The notes under the pieces were generated by a model. The model saw only the letters and a program-made list of their open reading frames with translations, was not told the origin of the DNA and made no database searches. A stretch of 64,000 bases of DNA, from the NCBI RefSeq assembly GCF_006345805.1, contig NC_043005.1, positions 42,594,001-42,658,000 of the forward strand. Direction: 5' to 3'. The DNA comes from Octopus sinensis (lineage: Eukaryota). The translations under genes were made by a program, and so were the position numbers. The first letter of the stretch is position 1, and each line of letters starts with the position of its first letter. Positions 26,470-39,270 of this stretch are shown here, piece by piece.

Positions 26470-26709
26470 TAGTTAATCCAAACAGGAAAACACAAAGAGA
26501 AAATGCAACAACGCGAGGATGTGGAACAAATATAGTATTATTGGACGCGCAGGAAGGAAGGGCAGAAGGAGTGTTTAACGTTTCGAGCGGAGCTCTTCGT
26601 CAGAAACATAGGAAAAGGAAAGATCCAGAGAAGGGAAGACGGAGGAAAAAATATCACCAACGATACACACGCGGTCACACACACACACAAACACACACAC
26701 ACACACACG

Positions 26710-26743
<34 letters not shown>

Positions 26744-27340
26744 CATACACACTCACACACACATACATATACACACGTATGTTTGTATACGTACATGACT
26801 GTGCATTTAAGTTTGAGCTAGTGTGTATGACGTGTGGGGCCTTTATGAAATATATGTATTTGCATCTGGGGTAGCGAGCGAAAAAGAGAGAGACAGCATA
26901 AAGTGAGGCAGAAAGAAAAAGCGAGAGAGAGAGAGGGGGGGAGAAAGTGAGATTGAATTTATGACAAATGTAATAAATACTTATTTTCAACATTTGCTAA
27001 ATATTCGTTGAGACGAGCTGTAAGTGACATGTAATGAGATAAATACGCGAGAGTGGGTGGAATGTTGTTACAGTGACAACGATTTGGATAGTAAAGAGTA
27101 ATAGTTATAGCGTAAGAGTGTAAAAGGAGATGACAGTTTAAGGGAGATAAAAACAGGTTTAAGTATTCAGTAACGAATTATGGGAGGGAGAAAAGTCAAA
27201 ACATTAAGCATATATTGTTAGTGACAGAACATAAGTACGGAACGCAGTGAGCGAGCAAACGAGAAAACGAGGGAGAGAGAGGTGGGGGAAAGACCGGGTA
27301 AGGAAATGAAGGGGATAAAACTGGTAAGATGCTTGATAAA
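26470..27340 (-). mobile_element. PLE-type 3' terminal region containing an HHR; the part around 26470-26680 is repeated at 53895-54110
   Basis: Homology to 53895-54110; HHR at 26572-26608. Confidence 0.6.
26572..26608 (-). ncRNA. Minimal type I hammerhead ribozyme (family 3)
   Basis: On the - strand: tgttt-CTGACGA-a-gagc-tcc-gctc-GAAAC-GTT-aaaca; helix I 5 bp, helix II 4 bp, loop-less palindromic helix III AACGUU. Confidence 0.8.
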
Positions 27341-27819
27341 ATGAAAGGTTGTAGCTGTTTTTGTTTAACCCACGGTTGGCCTGAGCTATGATTGTAGCCT
27401 TTTTCAATCTGAGCATGCCATATTTTCCTAAATGCAGTTGGGATCGTCCAATTCAATGTCTTTCATCCTTTAAAAGAAAAAAAAAACACATGATGTTAGT
27501 TTAAAGAGAACTGGCTGCTATTTCTTGCAGGTCAAAGGCTCTTTTGTTGACTTTATGGTCTTGAAGTTTAGCACGAAATCACTCAGATTCAGCCGATATT
27601 TCAATCGTGGCCATCTGTAGTTTTATGGCTCTCTGCGACTATATTATTTAACTTGCTATTTCTGTTTTCAAATATTCGGACCTAATTTGACGGTGATTTT
27701 TCAACTATTCTCAGAAAGCTGAATGACTGCACAATGGAATCATCAACGGTCCAATAACATACTGTGGTCGAGTATTAACCTGTGGTTAATTCTCATATCA
27801 AATTTTGACACAAAGCCAG

Positions 27820-27960
27820 CAATGTCAACGATGGAGAGGGAATAAGTTACATCGACCCCAGTGTTCATTTGCTACTTATTTTATCGATCACGAAAGGGTG
27901 AAAGGCAAAGTCAAACTCGGTGGATTTTAAACTCAGAACGTGATGTCGGAGAAAATGCTG
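27820..27960 (-). mobile_element. Degenerate family B (Meta-like) SINE
   Basis: atcgaccccagt..ttatcgat..gaaaggcaaagtc..aactcagaacg. Confidence 0.7.
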
Positions 27961-27989
27961 TGAGTGTAGTAAAGAATATTGCGTGTGTT

Positions 27990-28315
27990 GTGGCTTGGTT
28001 CACTGGTTAGAGTATCGGGTTCACAATCATGAGGTAGTGAATTCAATTCCCGGACCGAGCTGTGTGTTTTGTTCTTGCGCAAGACACTTTATTTTCACGT
28101 TACTCCAGTTCATTCAGCTGTAGAAATGAGTTGCGATGTCATCGGCCTTTGTCTTTCCCTTGGATAACATCGGTGGCATGGAGAGGCTAGTATGCTCTGG
28201 CAACTGTTAGTTTTCCATAAAACCAAACTTGTCTAGACTTGTGCCTAGGAGGGTAAATTTCTAGGTGCTACTCTATGGTTATTCATGATCGAAGGGTGCC
28301 TTTAGCTTTCTGTGG
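27990..28315 (+). mobile_element. tRNA-derived SINE (family C) with a CORE-like block
   Basis: A/B-box-like head, cttgcgcaagacacttt..ctccagttcattcagctgtagaaatgag. Confidence 0.7.
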
Positions 28316-28379
28316 CGTATGCATTCAAGTCCTCCAGATCTAAATACATGCTCAAAGTGGCCTGCAAAACTTGTCAGAA

Positions 28380-29220
28380 TTTCATTTCTAGTGTAGCTTC
28401 ACATTGTTTATGCTGGCAGTTAGATTTTAAACTAATATGAGGAGCTAAGTCATGTATCCTTGAGATGTTCTGTGAGGCTGCCAGGCAGTCGGCAGCCGGT
28501 TTGCCCGATGTAGTTAAAACTGTAGAGGGAAAATTAGAGTGCCTGTATTAGAGTTGTAGAGAAAGAAATTCCTAATGCAAATGATGCAGTGGTTAGGTCC
28601 AGTAAAAGTAGTGGTGTTGGAAAAGGAACGACAACTTGGTAGGCGGAAAGAAGATCAAGGATAGGATGCGGAAGAGGGACGAGGTGTTTGGAAGGAGAGG
28701 CTTTGGGTGATGAATCTGTAAAGTTTGCGGGTATGCTTGAAAGAAGGAATGGGTGGAAGAGGGAAACAGGATGAGGCAGGGTCAGAGTGGAAGCGGTGGA
28801 AGTGGTGAAGAATGGTGTGTTGCAGAGGCAAGGTAACAGGGTGGTTGATAAGAAGAAAAGGAATGCAGTGGGTGGGATTCTGGATGCGACGTATTGGTCC
28901 TCTATGTATGATCAATAGCACAGGAGCGGGAAAGAGCAGAATGGATAAGGGGGCGGGTAACCACATCGAACGAAGTGGTGGGTCAGATATTGGATCTGCA
29001 TCTCGAAGTCGTGTTTACTGCTGCAGAAGCACTGGAGTCGAAGGAACTGGGAATAGGCAATGGAGTGCTTGTTCTGAATGGAGTGCGAGAAGTCATGTTA
29101 GGAGTGAGAGTTGGTAGGTTTGTAGAAGAGAGGGGTGGACAAGAAGAGCGTGGAATGGTCAACAGAGATGATGATGTCGTGGTAATAAAGAACATTATCG
29201 AAGATGGAGGACGTTAACTA
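28380..29220 (-). pseudogene. Penelope-like RT C-terminal plus GIY-YIG endonuclease remnant (different lineage from 34426-38525)
   Basis: Translated fragments SIAYSQFLRLQCFCS..DF..RCGYP, ILHHFHRFHSDP..FPLPPIPSFK, YIGQTGCRL..LTEHLK (28457-28515). Confidence 0.85.
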
Positions 29221-32200
29221 GAGCGATATCAGAAGTTTCCACACTGTTATTGCTTCCAAATTTCACTCACAACATGTTGGGCAACCTGAAGCATTAATAG
29301 AAGACATGTGTCGAAATTTCTACAAGGCAGAATTGAACTTGGAGATCCGTAGCTCTGAAATAAACTGCTTGGCAATGCAATCATCTCAGGGATTTTTGGA
29401 ATTCACTGTGCTGTATAGAACTGAAAATTCTATTATCATTTGCAGTATCATGAAACTATAATTTCAAGTTTTGGCCAGGTATTCTTTAGTGTCATTTTGG
29501 CTGAAATCTTAGCTATTTCAATAAATTATGTATATTCATATTTTAAAACGAAAAAATTCTAACAGAAAGGAATTAAAGTGACACAAATTTCAATTCTATA
29601 TACAGAAATTACGGAAGTTTTACTTTTATAATGGCAGAAATATTGTTGTTTAGCAGATGTTAATATGCGAAAATATATAATCCTCTAAAACAAGTAAAGT
29701 TTTAAAACTAAACTCTACTAAACAATATATCAACATTTGCAGCTTGTAAGAAAAAATATTTTCGAAATACTTAGAAATAAATCTATAAACAACTAAATTA
29801 AATATGATGCCCGATATTTAAGAGTTTTGAGTTATAGTGAAAATTGTGAACAGGTGTGAAACTTGAATAGATCCATTTTAAGTGACAAGAAAACTGTTAG
29901 AATACGCATCAATCATATTTCGTTTCTTTTTCTTTAGTGTCGGTCAAAGTATATCTTTAAGGCTACAATGAATTACTTTAAGATGTTGATATCTAGAATT
30001 AAGCTGAAGATTACTAGGAATATATGTTACTCTATAAGTGTTTCGATAGATTTATATTTTAAATCATTCTAAAGTAGAGGTATTGGAGTAATGAAAAATA
30101 AAGAAAATGGGGTAAGTGATCTGGATGAATCAACTTGAACCTCTTATAAAGTATGACAGCTTCCAGAAATGCTTCTTCTAAATCATAAATATTGTTGTCA
30201 CGTTGTTCATGTAATTATTGCAATCATAAATTATCAAACAGCATATTTTCCGTTTGCAAAAGTAGTTCTTAATGAAACACGCAGGCAGAATAGTTGGGCA
30301 TATATTAGAAGATATATGGTCGTATCGAGGCATAAGTTGTAGGTGAGAGTTGGAAACTATTAGTTATGAACCCCATAAATAAACCAGACAAAAGAATATA
30401 TACCAATTTTCCTTCTTCATAAAAATGTAAGTTGTTAAGCATAAAGTGTGAATTAAACCGTGAACTTACTGGTTCAGCAATTACACGAACTATTCAAATC
30501 AAATTATTCAGTTTTATTGTTAGTGTCTCGATCAGAGTCGCAATATAGGAAACGAAAGGTTTGTACGATTCCTAAAAGTTCCTTTCGGTGATTTAGACAT
30601 TCATAAATAGTATTTCAGTATCTTACAACGTCGGTTTAAGCCACTCTGCACTACCTTCTCTTTTATCAAAATATTTTTCTACGAGCTATAAAATCTTCAT
30701 TTTTATATTCGAAAGAAATGTAAATGTTATGAACTATTGTCTGTAATGTATAGCAATGTCTTTTCCGTTATGAATTAGAAAAGGTAGTTTAGTTATATTT
30801 CTAATGGCTAGTTATTTCAAATAATTATGTACAATATTATATCTTATATAAATATTCACTTCTGACTTATCTAAAATTGGAACTATTTTTGTTTCTTTAA
30901 ATTTCTTTCCAACTTTGCCTCAATCCAACTTGAAACTTTCTATGTTATAAATAACATTTCTTATAAGACAAAATTAATTTTTTTTATTTCTATTTATACT
31001 GCGGGTATTATTTCTTCTTTCTCGATTTGTAGTAACTGATTCCAACCTTCCTTCAAGTCGACCTGTCTCAGATATTAATTCAGTTTCGAAATTCTTCTTA
31101 CATGTGTTGATATTTTCCCTTAATGCATTAGAAGATTTTAATTTATTTTCGCCATCCAAGGATAATTAAAACAAAATTTCTCCGGCTGATTTATCATTTT
31201 AAGTTTCGTTTGCAATTTCGGTAAAGGAATACATATGATTTAAATTATATTGGCATCTCATAATTAATTAAACATTACTTTTAAAATCTCAATGATCTAC
31301 TCTGTAGTTTTCAGTAAATGGAATCCATGAAGAAATTTGTTTCGAGTGCAAAACCTGTATAATTGAAAAGCACTTAAGTTTAATTTACCGAAACTAGGAA
31401 ATGTAAGATCATGGAGCTTGAGGTCAAAAATATTTATAATAGGTGAATAAAAATCGACACATAAACTAGTTAGAGCAAACAGAGCATTAGTGGTTCTCTT
31501 TTATTATACATCTTGCTTTAAGATTGTCATAAAAATCGTATAATGACTTTAAAAAGCAATAAATTGGGCAGACGAGACATATGGCTAAATCCCCACTCTA
31601 ACCTATCCCACTCTGGCTACTTTTCTTCCCTTACAAATCTCATACAATACACCTCCCTCGTCCTTTCTAGCACTTTCACTTGACGATTATTCTACTCTTC
31701 TCTCTCTCTTTTTCTTTCTCTTTCTCTATATCCCCCTCTTCATCCGCGCAACCTCCCTCTCTTTCTCCCTATCCGCGTCCTCCTGCTCTCAAACACACAC
31801 ACACACACACATAGAGGATTGTTCACTCTTTCACTTTTCTCCCTTCTTCTGCTAGATTTCAATTAACATTTGTACTTTTTCCTTCCACCAAGTCAGTTTC
31901 TTAAGAACATAAATAGACCACTGCTTCATCTTCAGCATAATAGATTCTCTGATACAAATTCTATATCGCATATACTAATATTTGTGCATGCATACGTCTG
32001 TCTATCTATTTGTCTGTTTGTCAGTATATATATTTATATATGTAAAAACTTGGAGAAGAGAAATAGAGAAATAACGCGTGCGTTCGGTCATATAGTAATA
32101 TAATAAATAAATAAAATATATGCATATATACATATATGTACATACTTACATCTACATGTATATATACATGCATACATATATATATGAGTACAGGATACCA

Positions 32201-32363
32201 CAAATAAACGTAGAACACAACGAGAGACGAGAACATAAAATCAAACACGGAAACGGACTTTTTTTAAACAACGAAAAAACAGAGTACAGGACAAACAATA
32301 CAAGGAAAATTCCCCTTCATCAGCTGTCCCTGGTTCGACTCAAAGTGTGTCTCGAAATATATA

Positions 32364-32445
<82 letters not shown>

Positions 32446-32464
32446 ATGTATATTATATATATGC

Positions 32465-32660
32465 TTTTTTATTCTTTTATTTGTCTCAGTCATTTGACTG
32501 CAGCCTTTAGTCGAGCAAATTGACCCCAGAACTTATTCTTTGTAAGCATAGTACTTATTCGATCGGTCGCTCTTGCCGAACCGCTAAGCTGCAGGGATGT
32601 AAACACACCAGCATCGGTTGTCAAGCGATGTTGTGGGACAAACACAGGCACACAAATACA
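32465..32660 (-). mobile_element. SINE family A, 3' half
   Basis: Reverse complement of the family A tail. Confidence 0.8.
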
Positions 32661-33096
32661 TTCATATATATATATAATATATGTTTGTGTGTGTGTGTGT
32701 GTGTGCGTGTACGTATACATATATGTATTAGATTGATTTACGTGTTCGCCGCCACAACTTCGTTTAGGCTCAGTAGCCCTTCCTGTTTGTTTTCACTGTC
32801 CTGTTTGTGTTACCTATTTTGACCCTCCTCCGCAAAGTCCCAAATTTTATTTGACTTGCCTTTGCGGGAGCAACTGATTTATCGAAAGCGTATATTGTTG
32901 TTAAATGCTCGAAATACGAGACTAGAAAAGCCACCAAAACTGACGAAGGGTCGTTCTTTAAGTTGTTTGTTTTGTTTTCCCTTTGTATCTTTCGTCGTTT
33001 GAAAGAATAGTTCATGTTCCATGAACTATTCGTGCTTCGTACATTTTTGATGTACACGTCATGTGCCCACATGTAACGTCATGTGCCCACATATGC

Positions 33097-33133
<37 letters not shown>

Positions 33134-33561
33134 ATATTATATATATATATATATATGTGAATGGAATAAATGGAGTTGAACGAAGATTGTACAGAATACC
33201 TTTTATTACGTGCTGTTTTCCGCTGTGATGTTTGCTACCCAGGTATCGGTTAAACCTTTGAATAATCTGTTACAAGAAAATTCATCTTTCTATTTCAACA
33301 AATATATATATATATGTATATATACGTATAGATGTAAGTATGTACAAATACGTATGTATATATACCTGTATATATATATATATATTATTTATATTATTAT
33401 ATCATTGAAAGCCACGCATCCTCTTCCAAGTAAGTTTTCTTTCTCTCTCTATATATATATAATATATATACATATATATATATACATATATATAATATAT
33501 ATATATGTGTGTGTGTGGTGTGTGTGTGTGTACATATACACCCCCCCACACACACACACAC

Positions 33562-33593
<32 letters not shown>

Positions 33594-34454
33594 GATATAT
33601 ATATATATATATACACGTGGCCATCGTTCACCTTCTTTTCCTCACGTGATCATCTTTCGTTTCCTTCAGGACTGTCCTAAAGACTGGACGTCTTCTATCT
33701 CTCTCTTCTGTCTTTTCTCTTTTCAAAGTAAATATTTCTTCTGACATTCGCTATTTTACCCTCGTCCTGGTCTAACGAACCTCCATGTTTGTTTTTGTTC
33801 GGTTTCCTTGTATGTCTTCACTCTCCTGTTTTTGTTCCCAACTTTGACCCTCCATAAATCCCAAAATTTTATTTTGGTAATTATGCGAGCAACTGTCTTC
33901 GAAGACTCATATTGTCGTTCAATGATCGAAATGATCAGTAGATAGATAACCGACAACTGATGAAAGGTCGTTCTTTGTGTTACTTGTTCTGTTTTCCATT
34001 TGTTTCTCTCGTTGTTTGCGTATTGAACTCATTTGTTTTCGTATTTCATGTTGTTTGCCGTTGGTGACGTCCTGTATCCTTATATGAAAGTCATAGATAA
34101 TCAAGGTAAGTACAGTGATGATTAAATTTCAATTAAATATAACATTTGATCACTTATCTTCTGTATTCAACATTCGGACAGAACTTATGGGATGACCTGA
34201 TATATTTATATATATATATATATATATATGAATATAAATATGCATGCATTTTGTGTGTGTGTGTATATATATATATAATTATATATATACATATATATAT
34301 ATTACAAAAAGCAATAAAGATTCAAGTTAATTTAAATGAATTTACTTGAATATGGTACCTAACTTAGATGCCACAAAAAAAAACTATACTGTTTTAACAA
34401 TACAGTAATGTGGGGTGATTATAAGCGAGAAAGAAGCAACAAGAATGGATAGGT

Positions 34455-34543
34455 TTTTAGTACAATCGTTCATACAAGGACAGGTTTATTAAAAGTTGCA
34501 AAAATTACAGCATATAAACGTGTCCCGTACTCATCAGCTAAAA
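34455..34543 (-). ncRNA. Family 2 hammerhead motif, one A missing from GAAA
   Basis: Reverse complement of 38407-38497 except GAAC instead of GAAAC. Confidence 0.65.
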
Positions 34544-35999
34544 TACATGTGAGTTCTCTAGACATCCTAGTGGTTGAGGCTATACTCATGAAGTAATGTA
34601 GATAATTAAGTAACATAAACAGATTCCAAAGTTCATTAAAGTTCTTTAAAGATGATGTACAGTCTTATCACAGAATTTTAAAAAGGTTTAATAGCATCAC
34701 AGAGAAGGTGACCTAATCCATAGTGCACATATGAATTTCCAGAGATATGATGAGGGATTACATACTCACAGAAGACAAATTTATCCATTGTTAATCACAA
34801 CGAGGTGGGTCTCAATTCCTGCTTATTAGCATTACAGAGAGGTGAATTAATCCTTTGTATAGATGCACAATTTCCAATGGTGTAGATGTAAATTTCCAGA
34901 GAAATGAAGAGGAATTTCATATTCACAGGCGATAAATTTATCAATGGTTGAACACAATGAGGTAGGTATCAATTCTTGTTATATGATTAGGTATTTGCCA
35001 CATTAATCACATTACTGCTATTTACAAGAGGCTGTAGCTATTTAACTTTTAAAGGCTGAAGGGCTTTCTAGAGAGGCAAAGAATAGAAAAGGGAAGGGAA
35101 TAGAAGAAAAGAGAGAAAATAAAGGAGAAGGGAGCAAAAAGGGGGGAAGGGGACTAAAAGAGAAGAGAAAAGGAAAAAGAGAATAAGAAGAAGAAAAAGA
35201 AAAAGAGAAAAGAGAAAGAAATAGGGAAAGAAGGGAAAAAAGAAAAAGAAAAAAAGAGGGTTCTAGTTATACAGAAGAATTAGTAGACGGCAAGTCTGGT
35301 TTTAATTTACAGGCATCTAGGAACTAGAGGAGAATATTATTCTTTGACCAGTAAAAACAACTAATTTATTGCTGTTGAAATCAGCTATGAATTTAAAGAG
35401 AATCTAAAGAGATAACACAGTCAGGGGTTTAGGGGTCAGATGCTAAAATCAAAAGAAAATACATTAGGAAAATCTAAGTATAATCTTATCAAAAAGTCAT
35501 TAAAATTTACTTATTAATTTATTCATTTTATTGTCTTAAGGAGTTGCCGTTATTATTCATACATTGACGGACTACAGGTCAAATCTTAGAAGATCATTAC
35601 AAGGTGTTAGGGGATTGCCTATCATAATGAAGATAATCATATTATCACCGAGGGAGTAGCCTTATTTATTTAATTTTGAAATAGAATTATGGGGCTATAG
35701 TAACTCATTTTATTTTATTAGAGTTATGCTACTTAAATTAGATTAAGTTAGGAATTAAAATTAAAAATTACAATTAAGATTTAAAATTAAGAATTTAAAA
35801 ATTATGAGTTTGAAATTAAATAAAGCCTCAATTAAGCAGCGTATAAGTACTATTCATTTCCCTGTTCTCAAAAAACTGATGCAGATATAAGGAAAAAGAT
35901 AACTGTAGTGTGAGAACTCTTAGTTATCTACTTAAAGCAGTGCTATACTAGTAGAAATCAAGTTATATCTATCTATCTAGTTACGAATATTCTAATCAT

Positions 36000-37720
36000 T
36001 TAAAATATTTTAAAGTCTTCAATTTAGCGTGGACACAAACATGACCTAGTTCGATATGGTTATTCAATAAGTTTCTATGTTTTCTATGCTTTAGAATTTC
36101 ATACGTCTCCATGGAGCATAGTTGGCAACCAACCCTACTTTTTTATACGGAATGCTCTCCTAACTATTTCCCAATTAAGGTTATAATTTTTATTATTATT
36201 TTTGAGTTCCCAGATTTTGTTTGAAAGTGTGGTGGTACCAGCTTTATGACGTAATTTAAAAGACGAGATGTGATTTCTAACTCTGGCTAGAAAATTAATT
36301 GTACATCCAATGTAAAGATTTTGTTATTCTCCGTGGATATGGTACATTATAGATTACATTATTTTCCCCACATAGACCAGGTGCCGGGCATTTTGATTTT
36401 ATTCTACACTTACACACAGGAGGAACAACTTCAGGCTTTGGATTATTCTTGGGTAGATGTCTTAGGTTCCTATTATTTTGATTATCATTTCTATAGTTGG
36501 TGCTGATATCTAAAGTATTGCTATTATTTATGATCCTTCTGTTTCATCATTTAGGTCTAAAGTCCTACCATGATTTCTTATATTATTGGTAATGTTACTA
36601 TTATTGTTAGTCTTTTTATCCGACTGCATATTGTTGTTATAAATATCACTGATATTTTCATTCTCCTTATTTTCTCCATTAGCCTTATATCTATTATTTC
36701 TATTATTAACATTATTACTTCTATTTAAATCGGCATTGTTATTATTACTATTAATGTTAATGTTATTAGTCATTCTGTGGTTACTAATTTCACCTATGTT
36801 TTGATAGTTACTATTGCTGTTTTTATTGTTGGTAGTATTATTATAATTGCTATTGGTATTCATGCTGATATTATTATTTTTATTCTATCTTTCCTGGCTA
36901 GTTTAATGTGTTATTATTAATTTAGCTATTAAAGTGGACATATTGGGGAGGGTTGAATAAGAAATCCTAACTGTTTTCCTAGAAATAATTCTATGATATC
37001 TATGAGAGATAGGGAAATTTTTTTCCAGAATTACTTTGAATTTGTTCTGTATATCCGATTGTATCGCACAGTTGAAGGAATATTCAGCCATAATATATCT
37101 TTTTTATTAAATTTAGGGTTCGTAGAATACTACTATTCATCTCACCGGAGTTATTGTATTTATTACCATTATTTTTATTTTATTTGTGTGCATCTTAGGT
37201 TTATCTACTTCAATATTATCCGAGTTACCTATGTTCTGGTCAATGCTTCTATTTGAATTGTTGGGCCTGTACGCTAGATTAGCGTTTACCATTAATTTAA
37301 TCTACTTTTATTTCGGGCTTGGTCTGTATTGCTGCTTACGTGATTACTGATAACTTCATTATTAGGAATACGTGAGTTCCCCTTATCAACGAATGTAATC
37401 TTTTGGTTGTATCCAGCCTTAGTTAACGCCTCATTATAATGCTCAGAATGGGAGTTAAATATATCCTTATTGGATGATAATTTTGAAATTCTTAATGAAA
37501 TATTTCTTACTAAAGATTCTATTATATTTGGGGGATGATTTGATAATTTATTTACGTAATTCGTGATTTCGCCTTCCTTTCTAAATGGGTAATGTAGCTT
37601 GGAGTTAAGGTCTAGCGTAATATCTAGGAAGTTAACTATTTTAGTGCCCGGTTCATACGTTATACTGAGGTTGAAATCCTTAAAGAACTTATTAATTTTC
37701 TTTCTAATCCTTTCTATAAC
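36000..37720 (-). pseudogene. Penelope ORF remnant: RT thumb, Asn-rich linkers, GIY-YIG endonuclease (frameshifted)
   Basis: KIVNFLDITLDLN..YPFRK..SNHP..NISLRISKLSSN..YNEALTKAGY; FPISHRYHRIISRKTVRISYSTLPNM; CKC..KCPAPGLC..NVIY, YIGCT, RVRNHISSF, IWELK, CQLC, LLN..CVH. Confidence 0.9.
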
Positions 37721-38406
37721 AGATTTATTATTATTTTCTCTTTTTTCTTTTTCTTCTTCTTATTCTCTTTTTCCTTTTCTCTTCTCTTTTAGTCCCCTTC
37801 CCCCCCTTTTTGCTCCCTTCTCCTTTATTTTCTCTCTTTTCTTCTATTCCCTTCCCTTTTCTATTCTTTGCCTCTCTAGAAAGCCCTTCAGCCTTTAAAA
37901 GTTAAATAGCTACAGCCTCTTGTAAATAGCAGTAATGTGATTAATGTGGCAAATACCTAATCATATAACAAGAATTGATACCTACCTCATTGTGTTCAAC
38001 CATTGATAAATTTATCGCCTGTGAATATGAAATTCCTCTTCATTTCTCTGGAAATTTACATCTACGCCATTGGAAATTGTGCATCTATACAAAGGATTAA
38101 TTCACCCTCTCTGTAATGCTAATAAGCAGGAATTGAGACCCACCTCGTTGTGATTAACAATGGATAAATTTGTCTTCTGTGAGTATGTAATCCCTCATCA
38201 TATCTCTGGAAATTCATATGTGCACTATGGATTAGGTCACCTTCTCTGTGATGCTATTAAAACCTTTTTAAAATTCTGTGATAAGACTGTACATCATCTT
38301 TAAAGAACTTTAATGAACTTTGGAAATCTGTTTATGTTACTTAATTATCTACATTACTTCATGAGTATAGCCTCAACCACTAGGATGTCTAGAGAACTCA
38401 CATGTA

Positions 38407-38497
38407 TTTTAGCTGATGAGTACGGGACACGTTTATATGCTGTAATTTTTGCAACTTTTAATAAAGCCTGTCCTTGTATGAAACGATTGTACTAAAA
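38407..38497 (+). ncRNA. Type I hammerhead ribozyme (family 2)
   Basis: ttttag-CTGATGA-gtacgggac..gtccttgtat-GAAAC-gatt-GTA-ctaaaa; helix III ACGAUUGU self-complementary with G.U pairs. Confidence 0.85.
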
Positions 38498-38525
38498 ACC
38501 TATCCATTCTTGTTGCTTCTTCTCG

Positions 38526-38592
<67 letters not shown>

Positions 38593-38640
38593 TATATATA
38601 ATATATATAATATATATATATATTAGATATATATATATAC

Positions 38641-39125
38641 GGCATGAGTGATCTCGATTATTGGGACCGCTTTAAAGCATTGAAACTCTATTCTCTCCAG
38701 GGCCGTCGTGAGCGATACAATATTTTTGCACGATATGGGGAACATACCGCCAGCATTGCCCAAACGACCTCAACATTAGTTTCAAAATTCATCTAAGGCT
38801 AGGACCACGGGTCATACGTCCCCAAACCAATTTGGGATCACAACATATTAACACAATTTCTTTTCCTCAACAGGCCTTGCCTTATTTAATATTGTCCCGT
38901 AACAGACCGAAGAAGAAAAGAATCCCAGTACATTTAAATGGAATCTGAACAATTTTTTTGAAGGAATACCGGGTAAGCCACCTATATCTGGATACAACTC
39001 ACTCAACAAGAACTCCCTCCTCGTATGGACCATGATACACAAAACTAATTTTATGAAGTGGTGCTGTTAAGTTAGACATGGCCTGGACCAATCTTTGGTC
39101 GAAACATATCTAAGTCATCTAAGTT
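38641..39125 (+). mobile_element. 3' end of a CR1-group LINE (decayed ORF2 C-terminus plus 3' UTR)
   Basis: GMSDLDYWDRFKALKLYSLQGRRERYN matches the CR1 ORF2 C-terminal pattern; 3' hairpin gaccaa-tct-ttggtc. Confidence 0.85.
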
Positions 39126-39234
39126 ATATACACACGCACACATATTATATATATATATATATATACTACCAGTCGCCTTGATTAACCACTAACTCTGGAA
39201 GTTTTTTATTCTCTCTCTTTATTTCCACGTGTTC

Positions 39235-39270
39235 CTTTCTGTTGAAGAGCGTAGGCTCGAAACGTAAAAG
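39235..39270 (+). ncRNA. Hammerhead-like motif with non-canonical core CUGUUGA (related to family 3)
   Basis: cttt-CTGTTGA-a-gagc-gtag-gctc-GAAAC-GTA-aaag. Confidence 0.5.

Larger units (their letters stand above)
34426..38525 (-). mobile_element. 5'-truncated Penelope-like retroelement flanked by ~790-bp inverted pLTR arms (34426-35211 and 37734-38525)
   Basis: Arms nearly identical as reverse complements; the interior encodes RT thumb and GIY-YIG on the - strand; HHR in each arm. Confidence 0.92.

Noticed and set aside
30236-30346. Possible exon YFPFAKVVLNETRRQNSWAYIRRY.. with a GTGAGA donor
   Set aside because: The open frame hits a stop immediately before the donor, and the acceptor lacks a pyrimidine tract
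36528-36863. Asn-rich ORF as a stand-alone host gene
   Set aside because: Lies between Penelope RT-thumb and GIY-YIG motifs on the same strand; part of the element
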